Notes under the pieces: model-generated | Told to the model about the DNA's origin: nothing | The model's database searches: none | What the model saw: only the letters and a program-made list of their open reading frames with translations | In this document: positions 6,779 through 13,846 of the stretch, piece after piece | Layout of the letters: each line of letters starts with the position of its first letter | Position numbering within the stretch: the stretch's first letter is position 1 | Program-made: the position numbers and the translations under genes | Virus record (IMG/VR): IMGVR_UViG_3300044228_003731 | Location: 1 to 27,877 of that record | Strand: one strand, 5' to 3' | DNA length: 27,877 bases | DNA from: a virus | Lineage: Duplodnaviria > Caudoviricetes

Positions 6779-7032
6779 TATTTTTCTCCTGCAAGGGCGC
6801 TGTAGCCACAGATATCGAGCCAACTGTCCTCATGGTCTGGTGTTTCTATCAGGCGGGACAGCTTGACCGCTATCATACATTGATAGACTTGCGATACGGT
6901 TACCTCTTTCTCCAGTATAACCGACCATAGCTTTGCTATGCGTTTGTGGTTTTCGTGGGCATCGCCGTAGACCTTGGCCCGTGGGCCGTTAATCATCTTC
7001 TCGGCTTTGTCTAGTATTTGTTTCCTGTTCAT
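6778..7032 (-). CDS. DUF6378-like protein (all-alpha NTP-pyrophosphatase-like fold)
   Basis: Signature R...YG....N..RIA.LWS...M..VK.SR......H.DSW.DI.GY.AL. Confidence 0.8.
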   Translation of the reverse strand: MNRKQILDKAEKMINGPRAKVYGDAHENHKRIAKLWSVILEKEVTVSQVYQCMIAVKLSRLIETPDHEDSWLDICGYSALAGEK

Positions 7033-8552
7033 ATGCTGTAACTCCTCAATGCGTCTTCTGGCTCGATTAAATATAGATTTTTTTTAGTTCGTGTTACACC
7101 GACGTAGAATACACGGTGTAGCTCGTCGGGGTCACTTTCTGCTGCTTTCGAGGCGGCAGGAGATATATCGGTGAAGAGCACTACATTTTCGGCCTCTCCA
7201 CCTTTTGATCCGTGAATCGTGGATAATGTTATACGGGGCGTGCTGTTAAACTTTTCGCCGCGTCGCAACAGCGCTGTGATGTATGCACGCTCGTTGTCCG
7301 GTATCTTATCCATAGCTTCATGCCATATCATATCATTCGTTGCAAACAAGCCATGATGCTGCTGGAGCTCTTCAAGACCTACTGTTTCATCGTCCGCCAG
7401 ATGCGGTAGTTTTTTAAAGCCACGCTTTACACGGTTTCCCACAGACATATAGGCATATACGACACGCGCTATAGGCGTAGGTATGGCACGCCCTTTACGC
7501 ATTTGCTCCCAGCCGTTGACCGCCTCACTTATTTTTTGCGATATGGACCGATGGCCGTGGTACGCAAACAGATGGCCACGACTACGTAATGTTTCTACCA
7601 TATCAGACAGGAAGTACCCCGCTTGCGCCAGCACCAGCCATGTGCCCTCGGAAAAGTCTAAGTCATTTATGTCATACACACGCTTGAACGTTCCCTCATC
7701 AGGACGCGGTAGATATGTTTTAGGTACGCGCTTGTGTATTCGATTTGATATGCGTGACGCTATGGGGTGTATGTTTTGTGGCACGCGATAAGATTGCTCA
7801 AGCACCTCGTACCCACCATCAAGACTGATAAAGTGTTCGACATCAGCTCCAGCCCATTTGTATATGGCTTGATCATCGTCGCCAGCACAGTATATCTTTT
7901 CGGAATACTTTTCTATGACATGGGCTACGTCCCATTGTAGCGGCGATAGATCTTGTGCCTCGTCAATAAAGCTGACGCTTAGGCTAGGACAGAAACGTGA
8001 GCTTTCGTTTACAAACAGCTCCAGCATATCGGTAAAATCATACAGACGCAGACGGTTTTTGTAGCTTTGCAAGGACCGCGCTACATACGATAGTGTCACC
8101 CAATCTACGGTGCTATCGGATTTATTATACTGTTCTTTTAGTGATACCTTACGTAGCCGCGCTAAGTTTATGATGTTGAGATAGGGGTCACTATTGTTTG
8201 ATTTATCCAATATACTGTCATCTTCATTGACCTTTTCCACATTAATAGTAATACCTATGGCGCTGGACAGATCACGATAGTGCTCAGGTTGCATGATTTG
8301 TTCGGCACGTATACCTGACAGTCGTAGCGCAAAGCTATGTAAAGTACGAAACCAAGGCAGCTGGCTTTCGTTAAAACCAAACCGCTGGCACGCACGGTCT
8401 ACTGCTTCATAAGCCGCTTGGCGTGTAAAGGCAAAGTATCCTATCTTTGATGGGGATATACCTTGCGCTAACGCTTCATCGACTTTATTCAGTAGTGCTG
8501 TTGTCTTCCCTGTACCCGGTGGCCCGTATATTCTGAATATCTTTGTTTGCAT
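7029..8552 (-). CDS. UvrD/Rep-like superfamily 1 helicase
   Basis: GPPGTGKTT, DEAQD, GDDDQAIY, LEQSYR, STIHGSKGGE, YVGVTR. Confidence 0.95.
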   Translation of the reverse strand: MQTKIFRIYGPPGTGKTTALLNKVDEALAQGISPSKIGYFAFTRQAAYEAVDRACQRFGFNESQLPWFRTLHSFALRLSGIRAEQIMQPEHYRDLSSAIGITINVEKVNEDDSILDKSNNSDPYLNIINLARLRKVSLKEQYNKSDSTVDWVTLSYVARSLQSYKNRLRLYDFTDMLELFVNESSRFCPSLSVSFIDEAQDLSPLQWDVAHVIEKYSEKIYCAGDDDQAIYKWAGADVEHFISLDGGYEVLEQSYRVPQNIHPIASRISNRIHKRVPKTYLPRPDEGTFKRVYDINDLDFSEGTWLVLAQAGYFLSDMVETLRSRGHLFAYHGHRSISQKISEAVNGWEQMRKGRAIPTPIARVVYAYMSVGNRVKRGFKKLPHLADDETVGLEELQQHHGLFATNDMIWHEAMDKIPDNERAYITALLRRGEKFNSTPRITLSTIHGSKGGEAENVVLFTDISPAASKAAESDPDELHRVFYVGVTRTKKNLYLIEPEDALRSYSI

Positions 8553-8694
8553 TTAACTCGTCTATTTTATTTACTATGACACGGACACGCTCGCGTGACA
8601 GCCCGTACTTTTTTCCTATGGCGGTAAGCGTCATACCTCGGTGCTTTCTAAGATTGTGCATCTCTTTGTTACGTTCTAAAAACTTTAAATCCAT
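8485..8694 (-). CDS. Small sigma70 region-4-like HTH protein
   Basis: GMTLTAIGKKYGLSRERVRVI. Start probably ATG 8694 (the track gives 8733). Confidence 0.8.
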   Translation of the reverse strand: MDLKFLERNKEMHNLRKHRGMTLTAIGKKYGLSRERVRVIVNKIDELNANKDIQNIRATGYREDNSTTE

Positions 8695-8698
8695 GTGT

Positions 8699-8959
8699 TT
8701 ACCCTGATATGTCGTGTATAAAATAGTCTTCAAACTCTTTCAGGTTGCCATATCTCTTAATAAATATAGGCGTTTTTTCTCCTACCCATGATCCGATAAC
8801 ATTGTAATTAAAAAATTCCAACGCTTCTTCATAACTCATGCCATCACGCCTACACAGTATAGCAATACACTCATCTTTATCATACGCTATAATATCTTCC
8901 TGACCAAATCGTTGCGCTACGCCAAGGAACGCTTCATCAAATCCATCTGCTTTTAACAT
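8699..8959 (-). CDS. Conserved phage hypothetical protein
   Basis: DGFDEA..G...Y...C...L...DGM..EEA.EFF.YN..G..VGE.TP pattern, recalled as common in aquatic phages; SD GAGG. Confidence 0.8.
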   Translation of the reverse strand: MLKADGFDEAFLGVAQRFGQEDIIAYDKDECIAILCRRDGMSYEEALEFFNYNVIGSWVGEKTPIFIKRYGNLKEFEDYFIHDISG

Positions 8960-10503
8960 TAAAATACCTCTTTATTTTCTTGAGCACCAAAATCAGGAGC
9001 GTTAAGCTCCACGTTTACAGCATCAAAGGACGGTATCTGCCACACGCGGATAGGCCGTCCTTTAATCTTTAAAAGCACACTTTCACCACCCATATCGCGC
9101 AGACGCTGCGCTATCTTGTGGCTCTTATACTCAAAAAACTTGTTGCGTTTTAGAAACGCATCAAAGTCTTTTAGTCGAAAGTATGTTTTTTGTTCCTCTT
9201 CATCGGTCCATGGCCGCTTGAGTAATATCTCTTCTTTGTCCTGTGCCTGTTGCATATGGCGGCAGAACTCCTCAAGGTAGTCATAAAACTGGCCTGTAAT
9301 ACTAGCGTCCTGTGCTACTTCTATGATAGCGCTTTCATTGTCCTTCATTTCTTGCATCAGGCCACCTATACGGTTTTCCCATAGGATCTTTGATACAGAA
9401 CGTGGCATAAAGTTTAGTTGCTCCATGCAAGAGCGCTGAAAGGTAGATTGATTAAGTAGCGCATCGGTGTCCATCTCCAACGGCTCACCGTTCACATCGA
9501 CAAACCACACAGGCGGCGTAGAGTTATACTTACGTAAGTTTGCAATCACCGCGCCCTGTACGGCTGCTCCTACACCGTGTTTACGTGTAAGGCATAGTGT
9601 TTTATTGCAATGCGCGTTGATGGGCGCGTCGCTACATTTGTATACGTAATCTTTCTTTTCAAGCTGCTTTGCTACAATGTTCACCTCATTTAGCGGTAGA
9701 GGCGGCTCTAAATACTCCATATTGTATTTCAATATCTCGGACTCCCAGCTGTCTGGGTAGGCCTTGCGTAGATAGACGCCCAAGTTAAATAAGCCATTGT
9801 TACGACCACCCTCTGATATTTTATTCTTAGCCAGTATCTGTAGGCAAGGGGGACCATCTGTGAGCTGGTGCTGTTCCGTGTCGCCACCTATCTGTAGCTT
9901 GGTTACTTGCTCAGGCGTTTGCTTATATTTTTCATAGAGTTCTATAAACTCGTCTAGGGTAGCGCTGGTGCCGTCGTCCTTGATGGCATACCGCAGGCCC
10001 TCTTCTGCATCAAAGTACGGCAAGTTGAGAAAGTTGCCCACATCATCGCGGTCTAAATGTAATTTTATCTGCTTTGGAAAGATCTCACTGCCACCATAAC
10101 CTAGTGCAGCTGATATCTGCTGTAACGTAAACTGCATATCTTTGGCGTCAATCCACTCTGTTGTAAATAAGAAACAGTGTGCGCCGCCTGACTTAGAGCG
10201 ACATATAACCAAGGGCAGTTTAAGTTTTCTAATCTTATCTATTAGTGCTTTGTGGTCTAGGGGGTACTGATCAACATCAATACACCCCCAAACACATCTA
10301 TTGTCTTCATTGATAGGTATGATACCAACGGCCCTACCTTTACCTGACAAGTGCCCTTCCCACAGATCCTTGGTCCGTGGTTCGCGTACTATTGCAGCGC
10401 GGCCCGTGCTCTTACCGTTCAGTTGCTTTTTATCTATCTTAAACGTGCCATACGCGAGTTGCAGACCGTTAAAGATAGCGGCAAATTTATCAGCAGAAGA
10501 CAT
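8959..10503 (-). CDS. Archaeo-eukaryotic primase (AEP) superfamily primase with C-terminal accessory domains
   Basis: Motif I WGCIDVD, motif II SKSGGAH, EIFPKQ, GNFLNLPY; PriCT-like GGRNNGLF...PPLPLNEV. No Walker A motif. Confidence 0.85.
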   Translation of the reverse strand: MSSADKFAAIFNGLQLAYGTFKIDKKQLNGKSTGRAAIVREPRTKDLWEGHLSGKGRAVGIIPINEDNRCVWGCIDVDQYPLDHKALIDKIRKLKLPLVICRSKSGGAHCFLFTTEWIDAKDMQFTLQQISAALGYGGSEIFPKQIKLHLDRDDVGNFLNLPYFDAEEGLRYAIKDDGTSATLDEFIELYEKYKQTPEQVTKLQIGGDTEQHQLTDGPPCLQILAKNKISEGGRNNGLFNLGVYLRKAYPDSWESEILKYNMEYLEPPLPLNEVNIVAKQLEKKDYVYKCSDAPINAHCNKTLCLTRKHGVGAAVQGAVIANLRKYNSTPPVWFVDVNGEPLEMDTDALLNQSTFQRSCMEQLNFMPRSVSKILWENRIGGLMQEMKDNESAIIEVAQDASITGQFYDYLEEFCRHMQQAQDKEEILLKRPWTDEEEQKTYFRLKDFDAFLKRNKFFEYKSHKIAQRLRDMGGESVLLKIKGRPIRVWQIPSFDAVNVELNAPDFGAQENKEVF

Positions 10504-10513
10504 GATACGTTAC

Positions 10514-11314
10514 TTAGAACGGTATCTGGTCTTTAGAGGCGTCCTCACTCTCACGTTTCACTTCAACGTTGCCGGCCTGCACGCTTTCCGAGAATGATTT
10601 TGCCTGCTCATACACCGCTAGGTTTTTAGCAAACTGGGCAGGGTCCTTTTTTTGCGTCTCCTCATCAAGAAGCGGACCCTCAAGCTGCATTTCCCAGCCG
10701 TGCCATGAGCCCTTGTCGTTAGACTCACCTAATGTTTTAAGACGGAACTTATACGCAAATCGCGCAAACCCATCTTTGTTACACTGCGCCATAATCATGC
10801 TATTAAACTTGCGTGATTTTTTAAGCTGTGTGGACTTCATGGGTATCAACGCTGTTTCCCCTTTTCCGTCCGCACCGATGACCAACACAAAGTGCTGGTG
10901 CGTTTCCTCAATATAATCGCCACTGCCGTCCGTGCAGTAGTCTTTATTGTCATCATCCGACCGCTTTGTCTCAGGACACTCTGCCTGTGTCTTGTGAACC
11001 GTAGGAGCGCCGCTACCTTGCCCTCTAGGCGCCCATCGGAGAAATTCACGCTGATAAGCTACCGGAACGACTACAATGCCGTCCTTGCCGCTGTATAGCG
11101 CTTCTGTGACACTATTATAGATGTCACCCTTTTTACCATCGAGCTTGTCCATCATTGGATCTACACCCGATAGTATTTTTATAAACGGTAAGGCAAGATC
11201 GTCTTTACCGACGTTCTCGTTTCCCTTTCCCGCATCTTTTTGAAGTTGTGCAAAATCAAATGCGGCAACTTCTGTGGCCTTCTTTTCAGCCACGGCTTTG
11301 CTTGCTTCAGCCAT
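10514..11314 (-). CDS. Putative single-stranded DNA-binding protein
   Basis: Start moved to ATG 11314 (MAEASK, SD AAGGAG). Beta-rich core, acidic tail ending DQIPF, located next to the primase. Confidence 0.7.
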   Translation of the reverse strand: MAEASKAVAEKKATEVAAFDFAQLQKDAGKGNENVGKDDLALPFIKILSGVDPMMDKLDGKKGDIYNSVTEALYSGKDGIVVVPVAYQREFLRWAPRGQGSGAPTVHKTQAECPETKRSDDDNKDYCTDGSGDYIEETHQHFVLVIGADGKGETALIPMKSTQLKKSRKFNSMIMAQCNKDGFARFAYKFRLKTLGESNDKGSWHGWEMQLEGPLLDEETQKKDPAQFAKNLAVYEQAKSFSESVQAGNVEVKRESEDASKDQIPF

Positions 11315-11897
11315 TTTTCGCTCCTTTAGCTTTAGTGATAATTGCTCTTTGACCAACATACGCCCCAAAGAGATCCATGGGGAACTCATCCCCGTTTTCC
11401 ACACGTTCCTTAACAAAGGATCGTAAGGTACTCGGTTCAATCTTTTCTGTTTGATCCGCGACAAAGCCTTCTTTTTCGGCAAAGGCCTTGAACGAAGATG
11501 CTTGATCATCTTCTCCCCGTCCAAACTGACAAGATATGATGTTTTTAATAATGTCGTCATAGCCATGCTCCCTTAGCCATTCATAAGCAGCTGGTCGATT
11601 GTCTACCTTGATAGACGCGCCATACTGCGGTTTTATAGTTACTTTTGATCCGTCAAGAAGAGTAAACTCCATAGAGTTAGCTTCTGTCATCAATGCCGGC
11701 AGATCTTCATCCGTCATCTTTAACAGCTTCTTTTTTTCTTCTTTGAGCCGTTCTTCGAGCTCTTTCACAAAAGCATCCTGTTTTATGATAGCTTCGGCAA
11801 ATCCAGTAAGCGTGGATAAGTCTTCATTATCTAACGTATGCTTGGAAAATAAGGAGCCTTGATTGGCGTCCTCTTGCAGTTTCTTCATTATGTCCAT
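11307..11897 (-). CDS. Conserved phage replication-module protein (coiled coil + WLREHG...IIK domain)
   Basis: 196 aa; SD AAAGGA; first gene of the replication operon. Confidence 0.75.
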   Translation of the reverse strand: MDIMKKLQEDANQGSLFSKHTLDNEDLSTLTGFAEAIIKQDAFVKELEERLKEEKKKLLKMTDEDLPALMTEANSMEFTLLDGSKVTIKPQYGASIKVDNRPAAYEWLREHGYDDIIKNIISCQFGRGEDDQASSFKAFAEKEGFVADQTEKIEPSTLRSFVKERVENGDEFPMDLFGAYVGQRAIITKAKGAKNG

Positions 11898-11937
11898 ATA
11901 TCGTCCTTTCTCTTTCGCGATTAAAAACCTTTTCAGG

Positions 11938-11982
11938 TCTTGACAATTCCATATATAAGCGTATAAATTCTTATAGTCAAGA
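11938..11982. promoter_or_regulatory. Overlapping opposed promoters for the divergent SNF2 gene and replication operon
   Basis: Plus strand: TTGACA (11940-11945), 16 nt, TATAAA. Minus strand: TTGACT (11980-11975), 17 nt, TATATA. Bounded by IR TCTTGAC/GTCAAGA. Confidence 0.7.
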
Positions 11983-11989
11983 GGATAAA

Positions 11990-13438
11990 ATGAAAAAATA
12001 CATATTTAAAACAAAACCATTTAAGCACCAGAGTAAAGCGCTACGTGATTCGTGGAACAAGGAGTATTATGCCTTGTTTATGGAGATGGGTACAGGAAAA
12101 TCTAAAGTTGCTATAGATACCATGGGAGCCCTGTATACAGAGGGTAAACTAAACGCGGCACTCATTATATCGCCCAAAGGTGTATATGATAATTGGGTGC
12201 AAGGCGAAATACCGACACATCTATCGGATCAAATAGAAACAAACATAGTAAGATGGCAGCCGTCTAGCGCACAGTGGTTTCAAAAACAAATGAGGACACT
12301 TGTGTTCGAAAAGTTCAATGGACTAAAGATATTTGTAATGAACACAGAGGCGCTGTCCACGCCCCGTGGAGATCGGGCAGCGTTTAATTTTTTAGAGGCT
12401 AATCGTGAAAACATTGTGATTGTGGACGAGAGCACCTCTATAAAAAACAGATCCGCTAACCGTACAAAGAATATTATGCAGCTGCAAGGCCTGTCTAAGT
12501 ATCGACGTATATTAACAGGATCGCCAGTAACTCGCAGTCCTATGGATCTATACAGTCAGTGTATGTTTTTGTCTGTGCAGGCACTGAACTTTAAAAGTTT
12601 CTTTGCGTTTCAAAATCGTTATGCACTGGTGCAAAAGCGCACTATGGGTCCACGGTCTTTCAATGAGATCGTGGGATACCGCCGGTTAGACGAGCTCAAT
12701 AAGAAGCTAGAGCGCTTTAGTAATCGTGTGCTGAAAGAAGAGTGTCTGGATCTACCCGATAAGATGTATACGAAGCGCCTTGTACCGTTGTCCGAGGAGC
12801 AAAACAAATCATACAAAGAAATGAAACGGCTGGCTTTGACTAAGCTACACAATGGTGAGCTGGCCACAACACAAAGTGTACTTACCCAGATCATGCGGCT
12901 GCAACAGATATGCTGTGGTCACATACAGGATGACGAGGGTAATTTAGTGAGTTTCGCAAACGGGCGGCTGAAGGAGCTGCTCGATATATGTGAAGAAGTA
13001 CAGGGAAAAGCTATCATTTGGGCGACATTTACCTACGACATCCAACAGATAGCAAAGGCCCTGCGCGACCGCTTTGGGCCCGAAGCGGTTGCAACCTACT
13101 ATGGTGAAACCCCACAAGAGGAGCGCCAAGAGATTGTACGACGTTATCAAGATCTTGAAGATCCCCTGCGCTTCTTTGTGGGGCAACCTAGAACGGGTGG
13201 GTATGGTATCACACTAACAGCGGCCAACACCGTGATATACTACAGCAATAGTTATGATCTTGAGATACGCTTACAGTCAGAGGACAGGGCGCACCGTATT
13301 GGTCAGACCAATAAAGTTACGTATGTAGATATTATATCGCCGGATACGGTAGACGAGAAGATTGTTAAAGCACTAAAAGAAAAGATAAACCTTGCTCAAC
13401 AAGTATTGGGTGAAGACGCTAGGTCTTGGCTTTCTTAG
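11990..13438 (+). CDS. SNF2-family (SF2) helicase
   Basis: MEMGTGKS, DEST, TGSP, GYGITLTAA, QSEDRAHRIGQ; SD GAGGA. Confidence 0.95.
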   Translation: MKKYIFKTKPFKHQSKALRDSWNKEYYALFMEMGTGKSKVAIDTMGALYTEGKLNAALIISPKGVYDNWVQGEIPTHLSDQIETNIVRWQPSSAQWFQKQMRTLVFEKFNGLKIFVMNTEALSTPRGDRAAFNFLEANRENIVIVDESTSIKNRSANRTKNIMQLQGLSKYRRILTGSPVTRSPMDLYSQCMFLSVQALNFKSFFAFQNRYALVQKRTMGPRSFNEIVGYRRLDELNKKLERFSNRVLKEECLDLPDKMYTKRLVPLSEEQNKSYKEMKRLALTKLHNGELATTQSVLTQIMRLQQICCGHIQDDEGNLVSFANGRLKELLDICEEVQGKAIIWATFTYDIQQIAKALRDRFGPEAVATYYGETPQEERQEIVRRYQDLEDPLRFFVGQPRTGGYGITLTAANTVIYYSNSYDLEIRLQSEDRAHRIGQTNKVTYVDIISPDTVDEKIVKALKEKINLAQQVLGEDARSWLS

Positions 13439-13544
13439 TCTTCAGCACAGAACGTAGTGTCTTGGCCTGTCGTGCGTGAGTCTTAGAGGCTTTACTAAGA
13501 CCTTTTACTACTTTTTTTATTTTTTTTTGTATTTGCTTAGTCAT
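13419..13544 (-). CDS. Very basic 41-aa protein (MTKQIQKKIKKVVKGLSKASKTHARQAKTLRSVLKTKKAKT)
   Basis: Translated by hand. The KKV.KGL.KASKTHA.QAKTL pattern is recalled from marine phages. Overlaps the SNF2 3' end by 20 nt. Confidence 0.7.
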   Translation of the reverse strand: MTKQIQKKIKKVVKGLSKASKTHARQAKTLRSVLKTKKAKT

Positions 13545-13779
13545 TTTTTCTAGGCCGTCCCCGTTTTCTTTTTATTTTTTGCTCTGATGTCTTCTTTGGC
13601 CTTCCTCGCGATTTGGGCTTGTCTGTCTTTTCCTTGAACTTTGGCTCGTTGTTCGAGGACGGTGAGGATTTGGATCTTCCTAGCAAACGGCTTATTAACT
13701 CTTTTAACTTTGCGAACAGTTGCTTGGGCATCTGCCACAGTGGCAAACTTAATAGAGACGGTGTCTTTGGGGTTTTCAT
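13537..13779 (-). CDS. Possible overprinted basic protein with two AT-hook-like RGRP motifs
   Basis: KSRGRPKK and KRKRGRPRK in an alternative frame of 13550-13846; weak RBS. Confidence 0.4.
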   Translation of the reverse strand: MKTPKTPSLLSLPLWQMPKQLFAKLKELISRLLGRSKSSPSSNNEPKFKEKTDKPKSRGRPKKTSEQKIKRKRGRPRKND

Positions 13780-13846
13780 CGGTATATAATCTCCTTCCTG
13801 ACCCTTTTGGTTTCTTTCCAGTGCCTTTTAGGGGGTCTTTGCTCAT
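13550..13846 (-). CDS. Conserved basic phage protein (GTGKKPKGSGRRLYTDENPKDTV)
   Basis: 98 aa; ATGA overlap with the upstream gene; motif recalled from marine phages. Confidence 0.8.
   Translation of the reverse strand: MSKDPLKGTGKKPKGSGRRLYTDENPKDTVSIKFATVADAQATVRKVKRVNKPFARKIQILTVLEQRAKVQGKDRQAQIARKAKEDIRAKNKKKTGTA

Noticed and set aside
6779-6823. N-terminal extension of PolA
   Set aside because: Overlaps the DUF6378 gene; the TAATG-coupled start at 6778 has an SD.
11315-11566. 84-aa N-terminal extension of the SSB ORF
   Set aside because: Lies inside the upstream gene; a strong SD supports a start at 11314.
4886-13438. Introns, inteins or stop-codon recoding in the replication genes
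   Set aside because: All catalytic motifs are contiguous at normal spacing under the standard code; TAA, TAG and TGA all act as stops at gene junctions.
13512-13528. Poly-A runs considered as a frameshift site or sequencing error
   Set aside because: They read in frame as Lys-rich codons of the intact 41-aa ORF.
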